Of a stretch of DNA of 32,000 nt, positions 18,235 through 27,776 are shown in pieces. How positions within the stretch are numbered: position 1 is the first letter of the stretch; the number at the start of each line of letters is the position of its first letter. The position numbers and the translations under genes are program-made. The notes below the pieces were generated by a model. The model saw only the letters and a list, made by a program, of their open reading frames with translations. It did no database searches and was not told the DNA's origin. The DNA comes from Candidatus Saccharimonadota bacterium (lineage in GTDB: Bacteria > Patescibacteriota > Microgenomatia > UBA1406 > GWC2-37-13). The stretch spans positions 420,001 through 452,000 of the forward strand of contig MGBH01000001.1 of NCBI GenBank assembly GCA_001790095.1. Direction: 5' to 3'.

Positions 18235-18831
18235 TTATTCAGACATGGTGATAATCAGTCTCTGTTTTAATTCTGGATATATTTGAAAATCTACATCTAC
18301 ATCAGTTGATATCCTAGCTGGTTCTTCTGGAATATCTTCAATTGTAAATTGATAATCAGAAATAATAGATAATAATTCATTTGGACACGGAAATATAATA
18401 AGTTTTCCACCTGATTTTATGCTCTTTCTTAAATTCAATATGGTATACCCCATATATAGTAAGTTCTTTTCATAATCTTGCTGATTAAGAGCACCTCTTT
18501 TAATTCCAGTATCAACGAAAAATGAACTTCCCCATCTGAAAGCTGAAAAATGAGCAATTGCTACATCAAATTGCATTCCAAAATCTGGGATTTCAAGAGC
18601 TTCTGCATTTGCAGTATATTCACCTACTTCTGACACATCTAATAATCGATCTATACCCCAAGCTTGGATTCCGTTTTTCCTCAAATGTTTTACGAAACCC
18701 GCTTTCAGACCACACCCAATGTCTAATACTTTTAGTCCTCTCAACGAATCTAGGCTTATACCCAAATGAGCCATGATGTTTCCAGGGGGATACTCAGTAG
18801 TACAATCCATTTTTCCTAGAGTTTCTATCAC
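18235..18831 (-). CDS. class I SAM-dependent methyltransferase
   Basis: Motif I LKVLDIGCGLKAG. Length is 198 aa. The GTG start at 18831 is preceded by TATAAT plus 6 nt. Confidence 0.8.
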   Translation of the reverse strand: MIETLGKMDCTTEYPPGNIMAHLGISLDSLRGLKVLDIGCGLKAGFVKHLRKNGIQAWGIDRLLDVSEVGEYTANAEALEIPDFGMQFDVAIAHFSAFRWGSSFFVDTGIKRGALNQQDYEKNLLYMGYTILNLRKSIKSGGKLIIFPCPNELLSIISDYQFTIEDIPEEPARISTDVDVDFQIYPELKQRLIITMSE

Positions 18832-18837
18832 ATCAAT

Positions 18838-18843
18838 ATTATA
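18838..18843 (-). promoter_or_regulatory. -10 box (TATAAT on the - strand) 6 nt upstream of the methyltransferase GTG start
   Basis: The reverse complement reads TATAAT, then ATTGAT, then GTG 18831. Confidence 0.4.
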
Positions 18844-18913
18844 GGATATATTGATTAAGTTTTCAAGTTGAATTGGAGAAAATAGATTGTTAGAGCAGTA
18901 TAATTTATATTTG

Positions 18914-18987
18914 TGATCCCATGGGGATTCGAACCCCAGATTCTCTGGCTGAAAACCAGATGTCCTAGGCCGCTAGACGATGGGACC
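18914..18987 (-). tRNA. tRNA-Glu (anticodon UUC)
   Basis: The - strand reads GGTCCCATCGTCTAGCGGCCTAGGACATCTGGTTTTCAGCCAGAGAATCTGGGGTTCGAATCCCCATGGGATCA. The cloverleaf folds with a 7-bp acceptor stem, a GTTCGAATC T-loop and the anticodon loop TTTTCAG. CCA is not encoded. Confidence 0.93.
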
Positions 18988-18996
18988 AGTTTTATT

Positions 18997-19002
18997 ATTA
19001 TA
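18997..19002 (-). promoter_or_regulatory. -10 box (TATAAT on the - strand) 9 nt upstream of the tRNA-Glu 5' end
   Basis: The reverse complement reads GATATAAT, then AATAAAACT, then GGTCCC. Confidence 0.4.
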
Positions 19003-19049
19003 TCATCACACTTTTATAAAGTGTGCCAAAATAAAAAGAAGATAACGTC

Positions 19050-19526
19050 TTATACGACCTTTTCCCTAAAGCCGTAATAGATGAGAAAGCCGGCAAAAGC
19101 AGCAAGAAGAAGAGTTGGTATAACTCCACCCGCTTCAAGCAATCCACCTTTTGTGGAAGATGTAGCTTCAGCAGGGACAGAAGCCGAACCGATTGTAAGA
19201 ATAAATGCATAACTTTTATCACCTGATGCTACTTTTACTTTATAATCCCGCTTTTCAAGCTCGGTTGGATGAGTATATTTCCAACTACCATCTTCAGTCG
19301 AAGTCTTAATAGTACTAACTTCATCGTCAAGATAGATGTCTACATTGGCTCCTTTGCTGCCAGTTCCTTCAAGCGTTAGGCGGGTTGGTTCATACCACCA
19401 TTGATTATAATATTTGCCATTTACATTCAAAGCTCCGATTTTGGTAATGACAAGTTCTTCAGCAAAAACAGATGAGGTAAAAACAAAAAAAAGTGGAATA
19501 AAAAGAAGAGGAAATAGTTTTTTCAT
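19050..19526 (-). CDS. secreted Ig-like-domain protein with a C-terminal hydrophobic anchor / sorting-signal-like tail
   Basis: Signal peptide MKKLFPLLFIPLFFVFTSSVFA. The segment GTGSKGANVDIYLDDEVSTIKTSTEDGSWKY resembles bacterial Ig-like domains. The C-terminus reads LLEAGGVIPTLLLAAFAGFLIYYGFREKVV. Confidence 0.7.
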   Translation of the reverse strand: MKKLFPLLFIPLFFVFTSSVFAEELVITKIGALNVNGKYYNQWWYEPTRLTLEGTGSKGANVDIYLDDEVSTIKTSTEDGSWKYTHPTELEKRDYKVKVASGDKSYAFILTIGSASVPAEATSSTKGGLLEAGGVIPTLLLAAFAGFLIYYGFREKVV

Positions 19527-19535
19527 ATAATTTTT

Positions 19536-19564
19536 ATATTATATGTTTTAAAAACACTTGTCAA
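19536..19564 (-). promoter_or_regulatory. sigma70-type promoter for the 19526 gene (TTGACA-17 nt-TAATAT on the - strand)
   Basis: The - strand reads TTGACA (19564-19559), a 17-nt spacer, TAATAT (19541-19536), then 9 nt to ATG 19526. Confidence 0.55.
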
Positions 19565-19590
19565 ATCGATAGGATAAAATATTAAACGGT

Positions 19591-20274
19591 TTAGAAAGAG
19601 ACGATTAAAACGATCTCACCTCTATATATTTTTTCAGAAAGTTCTTTTGGTATGCCACGCACAACTTCTTCAAACTTTTTGGTAAGTTCGCGACATACAC
19701 AGACCCTAACAGATGGGACAATAGAATCAAGTACCCTCAAGGATTCATTTATGCGGTTTGGTGATTCATAAAATACGACTGGTCCATGATCAAGTATGAG
19801 AGATACTTGTCTTGCCTTTTCAAAAGTTTTTATTACGTCATTTTTTTTCTTTGGTAAGAAACCAAAAAAAACATAGTTTTTGAGTTCAAATCCACAGTGA
19901 ACTAGTGCTGTGATATCAGCGGTCGGGCCGGGTATTACAGTAAAGGGTATTCCGCGTCTGATCGCTTGTTGTACCAGAAGATATCCTGGATCACTGATAA
20001 GGGGCATACCAGACTCACTTATGAGGGAGATATTTTTCCCATCTTCAAGCATCTCAATGATACCGGGAAGTCTTTCAAATTCCTTTTCTTTATAGTACGG
20101 GATAATTTTTAATGCTGTAATTTGAAGCTGGAAAGATTTCTTTATATATTCAAGAAGCGTGTGGGCTGATCGAGTATCCTCAGCAAGTATGATATCTGAA
20201 GATGCAATAGTTCTTGCTTGTCGAAGTGAAGTATCTTCGAGGTTGCCGATAGGAGTACCAACAATATATAGCAT
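19591..20274 (-). CDS. rsmI: 16S rRNA (cytidine1402-2'-O)-methyltransferase
   Basis: LYIVGTPIGNLEDTSLRQ......SDIILAEDTR and the tetrapyrrole-methylase fold pattern. Length is 227 aa. Confidence 0.88.
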   Translation of the reverse strand: MLYIVGTPIGNLEDTSLRQARTIASSDIILAEDTRSAHTLLEYIKKSFQLQITALKIIPYYKEKEFERLPGIIEMLEDGKNISLISESGMPLISDPGYLLVQQAIRRGIPFTVIPGPTADITALVHCGFELKNYVFFGFLPKKKNDVIKTFEKARQVSLILDHGPVVFYESPNRINESLRVLDSIVPSVRVCVCRELTKKFEEVVRGIPKELSEKIYRGEIVLIVSF

Positions 20275-20280
20275 ACCTTT

Positions 20281-20286
20281 ATTATA
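20281..20286 (-). promoter_or_regulatory. -10 box (TATAAT on the - strand) 6 nt upstream of the rsmI ATG
   Basis: The reverse complement reads TATAAT, then AAAGGT, then ATG 20274. Confidence 0.4.
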
Positions 20287-20289
20287 AAC

Positions 20290-20931
20290 TTATTTTTTTT
20301 GCTTGAGCTTTCTAGATATGATTTCAAAACCGATAGGTAGTAGCGAAATCAGGACAACTCCTATTATGACAAGAGAAAAGTTATGTTTGACAAACTCAAT
20401 ATTACCAAAGAAAAAACCCGCAAGTGTTGCTACTGCAACCCAGAGTACACCGCCTATCACATTGTATGAAAGAAACTTTACATAGTCCATGGTGCCAATG
20501 CCTGCCACAAAAGGAGCAAAAGTACGGATAAAGGGCATAAATCGTGCAATTATGATAGTTTTTCCACCGTGTTTATGGAAAAATTTCTGTGTTTCTTTGA
20601 TATGCTTCTCATCAATCGGTATCTTGGGATGAGCTATTATTTTTTTTCCAAAAAAATGGCCAATCCAGTAATTCGCTGTGTCGCCAAGGATCGCAGCTGT
20701 AGTAAGTATGAATAGAAGTAGTGCGATATTAAGTGAGTTTAGCGCCGCAAATGCGCCAGCTGCAAAAAGAAGCGAGTCACCAGGGAGAAATGGAGTAAAA
20801 ACGAGGCCGGTTTCCATAAAAATAATAAGAAACAAAATCAAGTATGTTACCGTACCATATGTCATTATGATCTGACCGAGGTGAACATCTATATGAAGTA
20901 TAAAATCTATCATGTATTTGATTATTTCCAT
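20290..20931 (-). CDS. DedA-family (SNARE-associated) membrane protein
   Basis: FMETGLVFTPFLPGDSLLFAAG ... ARFMPFIRTFAPFVAG are DedA signatures. I prefer the start at ATG 20931 (MEIIKY), which lies 6 nt after TGTCATAAT. The ORF track starts at TTG 20949. Confidence 0.85.
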   Translation of the reverse strand: MEIIKYMIDFILHIDVHLGQIIMTYGTVTYLILFLIIFMETGLVFTPFLPGDSLLFAAGAFAALNSLNIALLLFILTTAAILGDTANYWIGHFFGKKIIAHPKIPIDEKHIKETQKFFHKHGGKTIIIARFMPFIRTFAPFVAGIGTMDYVKFLSYNVIGGVLWVAVATLAGFFFGNIEFVKHNFSLVIIGVVLISLLPIGFEIISRKLKQKK

Positions 20932-20937
20932 CTTGTA

Positions 20938-20946
20938 ATTATGACA
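20938..20946 (-). promoter_or_regulatory. extended -10 (TGTCATAAT on the - strand) 6 nt upstream of dedA ATG 20931
   Basis: The reverse complement reads TGTCATAAT, then TACAAG, then ATG. Confidence 0.4.
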
Positions 20947-21014
20947 CAAGGAAAGTGGTAATGCAATAAGCGATTAAAATATGATAAAATTATTGGTTAG
21001 CTTTTTTTAATCAC

Positions 21015-23036
21015 ATGTTCAAGCTTAAATCTGCATTTAATCCAACCGGCGATCAGCCCCAAGCCATAAAACAGCTTTGCGAAGGGGTTCGTAATGGTAG
21101 AAAAAATCAAGTATTGCTTGGAGTAACAGGATCGGGTAAAACATTTACCATGGCTAACGTTATCCAGGATCTAAATCTTCCAGCTCTCATCATATCTCAC
21201 AATAAGACTTTGGCAGGTCAACTATATCAAGAAATGAGAGATTTCTTCCCCCAAAATGCCGTTTCATACTTTGTTTCTTATTATGACTACTATCAACCCG
21301 AGGCATACATCCCTCAAACAGATACGTATATCGAAAAAGAAGCTCAAATAAATGAACTTATTGATAAGCTTCGACTGCAATCAACGGCAAATATTTTAAC
21401 TCGAAATGATGCAATTGTTGTTGCCTCTGTCTCAAGTATTTACAATATCGGTTCTCCGCTTGAATATGGAAAGTATGTGCTGACTCTTGAAATTGGAGAG
21501 GGTGGAGATCTAAAGGCAATTGGGAGAAAATTGGTAGAACTTCATTATGACAGAAGCGAGTTTGAATTTAAAAGAGGAACGTTTCGTATACGAGGAGAAA
21601 GGATTGATATCTATCCTGCGTATGAGGATGAAGGCTATATGATTGAAACAATCAATAGTAGAGTAACCAGAATCTCTAAGTTTGAAACCATAAGTGGAAA
21701 AGAAATCGAAAAGGAGATAAAAAAAGTCATTATCTATCCTGCAAAGCATTTTATGACCGATCAAGCTACTGTCAAGGCTGCAGAAGCACAAATCAGGGCA
21801 GATTTAAAAAGCGAATATTCTATGCTTAAGAAAGCCGGAAAAACAGTTGAAGCAGATAGACTTCTACGCAGAGTGAACTACGATCTTGAGATGATTAATG
21901 AGGTTGGGTATGTCAATGGTATTGAAAACTACTCTCGATATTTTGACGGAAGAAAGATTGGAGACCCACCCTTTTCTCTTCTTCACTATTTTAAGCAGGC
22001 TTATGGAGATAAATTTCTTGTATTTATTGATGAATCACATATGACAGTGCCGCAGATTAGAGGCATGTATAATGGCGATCATTCAAGAAAAAAAAAGTTG
22101 GTTGATTTCGGTTTTCGATTGAGGGCATGTTTTGATAATAGGCCAATGACTTTTGATGAATTTTATAATGTCCCAAAACATATTATTTACACTTCAGCTA
22201 CTCCCAATGAATGGGAAATCGAACAGTCTAGAAAGAATGGCAAGTGGAAGGAAAATGAATATGAAGGAATTGCACAACAACTCATAAGACCTACCGGAAT
22301 TATTGACCCACAAATTTCAGTGCGCCCTGCAAAAAGTGAGGTATTAGACTTGATAGGAGAAATTGAAAAAAGAGTAACACTATCTCAAAAAATTCTTGTA
22401 ACTACACTTACTAAAAAAACAGCAGAGGACCTAAGTATTTACCTTAAGGAAAAAAATATACGGGCTGAGTATTTACACTCGGATATTGAGACGCTTGAAA
22501 GGTCAAATATATTAGACAATTTAAGAGGAGGAAGATTTGACGTACTCATTGGCGTAAACCTGCTTCGGGAAGGTCTGGATTTACCTGAGGTATATCTAGT
22601 TGCGATACTTGATGCGGATAAAGAAGGGTTCTTGCGCTCCCACACCGCATTGGTTCAAACAATGGGTAGGGCAGCCAGAAATATCTCAGGAGAGGTTATC
22701 ATGTATGCAGATTCTCAAACTCGATCAATGAAATCAGCAATAGATGAGATTGATCGAAGAAGACAGTATCAGATTGAGTATAATCACAAACATCACATAA
22801 CGCCAAAGTCTGTAGTAAAACCAATCAGAGGAAAGGTTGTTGAACAGGATGAGATTAGTTCTGTTTCCAACAATACTACTGTAGACAAGATAAGGGGAGA
22901 ATCATTAACACCCTATGACCGCAAAAAGCTTATTGCCAAACTTGAAAAAGAGATGAGACATGAAGCTGAAAATCTCCATTTTGAGATGGCTATAAAGATA
23001 AGGGATAAGGTTAGAGAATTAAAAAATAATCTGTAA
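21015..23036 (+). CDS. uvrB: excinuclease ABC subunit B
   Basis: Walker A GVTGSGKT, helicase motifs (DESH, LREGLD, QTMGRAARN), and a C-terminal UVR domain (HFEMAIKIRDKVREL). Confidence 0.96.
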   Translation: MFKLKSAFNPTGDQPQAIKQLCEGVRNGRKNQVLLGVTGSGKTFTMANVIQDLNLPALIISHNKTLAGQLYQEMRDFFPQNAVSYFVSYYDYYQPEAYIPQTDTYIEKEAQINELIDKLRLQSTANILTRNDAIVVASVSSIYNIGSPLEYGKYVLTLEIGEGGDLKAIGRKLVELHYDRSEFEFKRGTFRIRGERIDIYPAYEDEGYMIETINSRVTRISKFETISGKEIEKEIKKVIIYPAKHFMTDQATVKAAEAQIRADLKSEYSMLKKAGKTVEADRLLRRVNYDLEMINEVGYVNGIENYSRYFDGRKIGDPPFSLLHYFKQAYGDKFLVFIDESHMTVPQIRGMYNGDHSRKKKLVDFGFRLRACFDNRPMTFDEFYNVPKHIIYTSATPNEWEIEQSRKNGKWKENEYEGIAQQLIRPTGIIDPQISVRPAKSEVLDLIGEIEKRVTLSQKILVTTLTKKTAEDLSIYLKEKNIRAEYLHSDIETLERSNILDNLRGGRFDVLIGVNLLREGLDLPEVYLVAILDADKEGFLRSHTALVQTMGRAARNISGEVIMYADSQTRSMKSAIDEIDRRRQYQIEYNHKHHITPKSVVKPIRGKVVEQDEISSVSNNTTVDKIRGESLTPYDRKKLIAKLEKEMRHEAENLHFEMAIKIRDKVRELKNNL

Positions 23037-23040
23037 TACT
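23032..23040 (+). promoter_or_regulatory. extended -10-like box (TGTAATACT) 6 nt upstream of the second ATG of uvrA
   Basis: TGn + AATACT, then CATATG, then ATG 23047. Confidence 0.3.
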
Positions 23041-23046
23041 CATATG

Positions 23047-25938
23047 ATGGAACATATCAAAATTAGAGGAGCAAGACAACACAACTTAAAAAATATATCT
23101 CTTGATATACCAAAGAATAAGCTTGTTGTTATGACCGGTGTATCTGGATCAGGCAAATCGTCACTTGCTTTTGACACGATATATGCCGAAGGACAGAGAA
23201 GATATGTAGAATCGCTTTCTGCCTATGCAAGGCAGTTTCTTGGGATTATGGATAAACCCGATGTAGATTTGATTGAGGGGCTTTCTCCCTCTATATCAAT
23301 TGATCAAAAGACAGCATCACATAATCCACGCTCAACCGTTGGTACTATCACTGAAATCTACGACTACCTTAGATTGTTATTTGCTCGTGTAGGTCACCCG
23401 CATTGTCCAAACTGCAAAATTGAAATCTCAAAACTTTCCCTAGATGAGATAATCGATCGGATTATGGCTGATATCCAACTTAGAATACAGAAGGACAAAA
23501 TTAAACCTCATGATTTTAAAATTTATTCTCCCCTTGTCAGAGAAAAGAAGGGTGAGTTTAAGGATTTGTTTGAAAATATTCGCAGTAAAGGTTTTTTCAA
23601 TGTTCGTATCGATGGAACAAATTATAACCTTAAAAATGATGAAATTAATCTGCTTAAATCAAATAAGCACACCATAGAAGTAGAGGTTGATGGTTTTGTT
23701 ATTACACACAAGGATTTAAAAAATGACATTTTTCAGGCCAATATGCACTCACGTCTGACAAACAGCGTGGAACAGGGCCTCTCTCTCTCAAGCGGACTCA
23801 TCATCTTGGCAAATGAAGAAAATGAAAAGCTTTATTCGGAAAAATTATCATGTCCAAAGTGTGGATTGTCATTACCTGAACTTGAGCCCCGCATGTTCTC
23901 CTTTAACTCTCCGCTTGGCGCCTGTGAAAAATGTAAGGGTTTAGGAACTATATTTATCATCGACCCATCTCTTGTACTGAACGATAAATTAACCATCAAT
24001 GAAGGGGGAATTCTTCCCTTAAGCAAAGTTTTCTATATGGATACCTGGCACATCAGGCTTTTTAGGAAAATGTGTGAGCTTGAAGAAATAAGCCTTGATA
24101 CCAAAATAGGCGATCTCTCCAAAGAAAAAGTTAATACCATACTTTATGGTTCAGATCGATTACTTAAGGTTACCGGACCCAACCGATTTGGAAAAATTAC
24201 CGGAATTGTAGATAAATTTTCAGGTATTGTAAACGAGCTTCAAAGGCGTTTTTTTGAAAATAGGGGAGAGTTTGAAGAAGTTGAAATAAACAGATATATG
24301 AAAATTCAAGTATGTGATCTGTGTAATGGTAAAAGACTAAAGCCGGAAATACTATCAATCACGATTGATAAAAAAAATATTATTGATGTGTCAGAGTATT
24401 CCATAGACCAGTTGCATGATTATGTAAATCATACACTTCCTCAAATTCTAAACCCCTATGAAAAAGAGGTTAGTCGCATGATTTTGCGAGAAGTAAAGGT
24501 ACGTCTTTCGTTTCTTCGCAATGTAGGACTGTCATATCTTACATTAAACAGAAGCGCGCAAACATTATCTGGTGGAGAGTTTCAGCGTATCCGTCTTGCT
24601 TCTCAGATAGGATCAGGCTTAACAGGTGTTTTATACGTGTTGGATGAACCATCTATTGGCCTTCATCCAAGAGACGTAAGCGCCTTAATAAACTCATTAA
24701 AGAAACTGAAAGATCTTGGCAATAGCGTTTTATTGGTAGAACATGATAGAGAAACTATTGAAAATGCCGATTATGCCGTAGAGCTTGGTCCACATGCAGG
24801 TAAGGATGGGGGGAAAGTAATATTTGAAGGTACTGTAACTGAGATGAAGAAGTCAAAAAAATCTTTGACTGGTGCATATCTGTCTGGTAAAAAAAACGTT
24901 TCTTTTCCTGAAAAAGAACTTGTGATAACAAAGGGCGCGTTAGAACTCCAGGGAGCAACACAATTTAATCTTAAGGAGGTAAATATCAAGATACCTCTTG
25001 GCAATCTAATTGCGGTAACTGGAGTATCCGGTTCAGGTAAATCCACTCTCGTGGTGGAAACCCTTTATCCTGCTCTGAAATATTACCTTGATGGGTATTA
25101 TCAGGAAAAAATGGGAGATTTCAAGCGTCTTCTAGGGCAACACTATATTGAACGGATATATTTGGTCGATCAATCACCAATAGGGCGAACTCCTCGATCA
25201 AATCCCGCTACTTATCTAGGGATATTTGATGAAATCCGTAACATTTTTGCAGAAACGGTCGAAGCGAAGGCAAAGGGATTCAAAAAAGGAAGATTTTCAT
25301 TTAATGTTAGGGGGGGAAGATGCGAAAAATGTCAAGGAGCAGGTGTGATAAAAATCCAGATGCAGTTTTTACCGGATGTATACGTAACGTGTGATGTCTG
25401 TTCCGGTCACCGATATAATCACGAAACTCTGGAAATAACTTACAAGGGCAAAACAATATTTGACATATTGAACATGACGGTAGATGAGGCTGTTATGTTT
25501 TTCCAAAACCACTTTGTTATCGCTTTAAAATTACGATTTCTTAAGGATGTGGGCTTAGGTTATATAAGCCTAGGACAACCTGCACCAACCTTTTCCGGCG
25601 GTGAAGCTCAAAGGATAAAACTAGCAAATGAGCTTTCCCGGCGCGACACTGGTAAAACAATGTATGTGTTGGATGAACCCACAACAGGCCTTCATCTTTA
25701 TGATATTGAAAAGCTACTTCATACTCTTTACCAACTGGTAGCACATGGAAATACCGTAATTATTATTGAACACAACCTTGATGTAATAAAAAACTGTCAG
25801 TATATAGTCGACATGGGCCCGGAAGGTGGAGAAAAAGGAGGAGAGATACTTTATCAGGGTCCGTTACATGGTATTATGAAGAATGCAAGGTCATATACGG
25901 GGCAGTATCTTAAATCAATCATTTCAAGTGACAAATAG
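23047..25938 (+). CDS. uvrA: excinuclease ABC subunit A
   Basis: Two ABC modules (GVSGSGKSS and GVSGSGKST; LSGGE.QR twice) and zinc-finger cysteines (CPNC, CPKCG...CEKC, CEKC...CDVC). The start could be 23044 or 23047 (tandem ATGs). Confidence 0.96.
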   Translation: MEHIKIRGARQHNLKNISLDIPKNKLVVMTGVSGSGKSSLAFDTIYAEGQRRYVESLSAYARQFLGIMDKPDVDLIEGLSPSISIDQKTASHNPRSTVGTITEIYDYLRLLFARVGHPHCPNCKIEISKLSLDEIIDRIMADIQLRIQKDKIKPHDFKIYSPLVREKKGEFKDLFENIRSKGFFNVRIDGTNYNLKNDEINLLKSNKHTIEVEVDGFVITHKDLKNDIFQANMHSRLTNSVEQGLSLSSGLIILANEENEKLYSEKLSCPKCGLSLPELEPRMFSFNSPLGACEKCKGLGTIFIIDPSLVLNDKLTINEGGILPLSKVFYMDTWHIRLFRKMCELEEISLDTKIGDLSKEKVNTILYGSDRLLKVTGPNRFGKITGIVDKFSGIVNELQRRFFENRGEFEEVEINRYMKIQVCDLCNGKRLKPEILSITIDKKNIIDVSEYSIDQLHDYVNHTLPQILNPYEKEVSRMILREVKVRLSFLRNVGLSYLTLNRSAQTLSGGEFQRIRLASQIGSGLTGVLYVLDEPSIGLHPRDVSALINSLKKLKDLGNSVLLVEHDRETIENADYAVELGPHAGKDGGKVIFEGTVTEMKKSKKSLTGAYLSGKKNVSFPEKELVITKGALELQGATQFNLKEVNIKIPLGNLIAVTGVSGSGKSTLVVETLYPALKYYLDGYYQEKMGDFKRLLGQHYIERIYLVDQSPIGRTPRSNPATYLGIFDEIRNIFAETVEAKAKGFKKGRFSFNVRGGRCEKCQGAGVIKIQMQFLPDVYVTCDVCSGHRYNHETLEITYKGKTIFDILNMTVDEAVMFFQNHFVIALKLRFLKDVGLGYISLGQPAPTFSGGEAQRIKLANELSRRDTGKTMYVLDEPTTGLHLYDIEKLLHTLYQLVAHGNTVIIIEHNLDVIKNCQYIVDMGPEGGEKGGEILYQGPLHGIMKNARSYTGQYLKSIISSDK
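25869..25877 (+). promoter_or_regulatory. extended -10 (TGGTATTAT) inside the uvrA 3' end, 5 nt upstream of ATG 25883
   Basis: TGn + TATTAT, then GAAGA, then ATG 25883. Confidence 0.35.
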
Positions 25939-27763
25939 TATTTGGAAGATAGTGAAAAATTTCTTGCTTTTTATACTATTTGTTTTCTTCTTCCTTTTTT
26001 ATACTCCCCTCGCACGTGCTGCAGACTTTAAAACTGATTACTTTGTTGATTACTATCTGTCCGAAAAAAATAATGATATCGCTACCAAAGTCTCATTCAA
26101 AATAAGAATTACCAATCTTACGACTGACTTAGTAATAAAAAAGTTCTCTATTATTTTTCCGAAAAGCTTTCAGATCGGTAATATTAAAGCTTCCGATGAT
26201 TTCAAAGATATTACTCCGATTGTAGAAGAGCTTGATGAAAAACACTCAATATCGGCGCAGTTCAGTGATCCTCTTGTGGGAATCAATATGGAAAATACGC
26301 TTTATCTTGATTTTCTTCAACATAATCTTTTTAAAGCAAACGGAAATGTCTGGGAAGTAATATTGCCTACCGTTGAAAGGAGAGAAGAAGCTGGAGATTA
26401 CACGATAACAGTTCATTTGCCTCCCAATTCAGGTAAACAAATATCAATCTCCAAACCAAAGCCAACTCACGTTACCCTAGATGAGATCGTATGGAAGAAT
26501 CCTGATAGAAAAACTATCTATGCAGTATTTGGAAAGCAGCAAAATTATACTTTGCAACTGAGATATCACCTTAAAAACCCACGCCTCACTCGCGTATATA
26601 CCGATGTTACTTTTCCTCCGGATACTCTTTACCAAAAAATATTTGTTTCCTCTATTCAGCCAAAACCTGATGAAGTTCGTACAGATGAAGACGGCAATTA
26701 TTACGGTAGATATTATCTCAACCCTCATGAAGAAAAAACTCTTTATTTCAATGGAGGAATCAGCATCTTTTCTGAGCCGAGGGAGAATATGAAAGGAGTT
26801 ATACGTTCTCTTTTTAATAAATCACGCAAGTATCTTCTTTCACCAAGCACTCATTGGAAATTGGAAACCAATCAGATCCCCGCAAGTATCACGTCACCGC
26901 AAGAGATATATCGATATACAACCGATCTTCTTGAATATAACCGTGGAAGGCTCAACTCATCAGTTACACGGCTGGGAGCCAGCTTAGTACTTCAAAACCC
27001 AGACCAAGCTGTTTGTACAGAATATTCTGATGTGTTTGTTGCAGTTGCCAGAGAAAAAGGGAACTATGCCAGAGAAATTCAAGGATATGGATTTTCAAAT
27101 GACCAGGACTTAAGACCATTATCTATAAACTCAGACATTCTTCATTCATGGAGCGAGTACTACGATATGAACTCTCAGTTGTGGATACCAATTGATCCAA
27201 CCTGGGAGGACACATCAGGGATTGATTACTTGAATTCATTCGACTTAAACCATATTGTGTTTGCAATACATGGAAAAAAATCAGATTATCCTTATCCAGC
27301 AGGAAGCTATAAAACAGATGATAATACAAAAGATATCAATATACTACCAACCGATGAGTATTTTACAGAAAAAAAATCATTATCTTTTGATGTGCCACCC
27401 TTGCAAATACCCATAAACACAAATGGTGCGCATATATTAAAGATTACGGTACAAAATACTGGAAATTCATTTATTTTTAATATGCCCATTACAACCTCAG
27501 CAAAAGATTTGATCGTATCACCATCCTCTCTTACTATAGAGTCACTTGCACCATTTGAAAAAAAGGAATTGACGCTTGAATACAAATCAAATAACAAATT
27601 CAAAACGGTAAAAACAAAGATGGTATTGAGTAGCGATTCTAAAGAGCTGTATGAGCATGAGATTACCCTTAACTCTATGTATCTTACCTTTCTAAAATAT
27701 GCAATTGTCGGCTTTGCATTTTGCTTTTTTGCTATAATTGCAGTAAAATTTATGAGAAAATGA
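25883..27763 (+). CDS. transglutaminase-like (Cys-His-Asp) envelope protein with an N-terminal signal/TM segment and a C-terminal TM anchor
   Basis: The catalytic-triad context is CTEYSDVF ... HSWSEYY ... IPIDPTWED. The N-terminal hydrophobic segment is FLLFILFVFFFLFYTPLARA and the C-terminal TM helix is AIVGFAFCFFAIIAV. The start is uncertain: ATG 25883 overlaps uvrA by 56 nt, and in-frame GTGs at 25928 and 25952 are alternatives. Confidence 0.75.
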   Translation: MQGHIRGSILNQSFQVTNSIWKIVKNFLLFILFVFFFLFYTPLARAADFKTDYFVDYYLSEKNNDIATKVSFKIRITNLTTDLVIKKFSIIFPKSFQIGNIKASDDFKDITPIVEELDEKHSISAQFSDPLVGINMENTLYLDFLQHNLFKANGNVWEVILPTVERREEAGDYTITVHLPPNSGKQISISKPKPTHVTLDEIVWKNPDRKTIYAVFGKQQNYTLQLRYHLKNPRLTRVYTDVTFPPDTLYQKIFVSSIQPKPDEVRTDEDGNYYGRYYLNPHEEKTLYFNGGISIFSEPRENMKGVIRSLFNKSRKYLLSPSTHWKLETNQIPASITSPQEIYRYTTDLLEYNRGRLNSSVTRLGASLVLQNPDQAVCTEYSDVFVAVAREKGNYAREIQGYGFSNDQDLRPLSINSDILHSWSEYYDMNSQLWIPIDPTWEDTSGIDYLNSFDLNHIVFAIHGKKSDYPYPAGSYKTDDNTKDINILPTDEYFTEKKSLSFDVPPLQIPINTNGAHILKITVQNTGNSFIFNMPITTSAKDLIVSPSSLTIESLAPFEKKELTLEYKSNNKFKTVKTKMVLSSDSKELYEHEITLNSMYLTFLKYAIVGFAFCFFAIIAVKFMRK

Positions 27764-27769
27764 TAATAT
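27761..27769 (+). promoter_or_regulatory. extended -10 (TGATAATAT) 7 nt upstream of ATG 27777, overlapping the upstream stop codon
   Basis: TGn + TAATAT, then TTCATAT, then ATG. Confidence 0.45.
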
Positions 27770-27776
27770 TTCATAT

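Noticed and set aside
19007-19025. Perfect 8-bp hairpin CACACTTT-TAT-AAAGTGTG as an intrinsic terminator for the 19050 gene
   Set aside because: No U-tract follows it on either strand. On the - strand it is followed by AUGAUAUAAUAAUAAAAC, which instead contains the putative tRNA-Glu -10 box. It may still be a regulatory or processing hairpin, but it cannot be called a canonical terminator.
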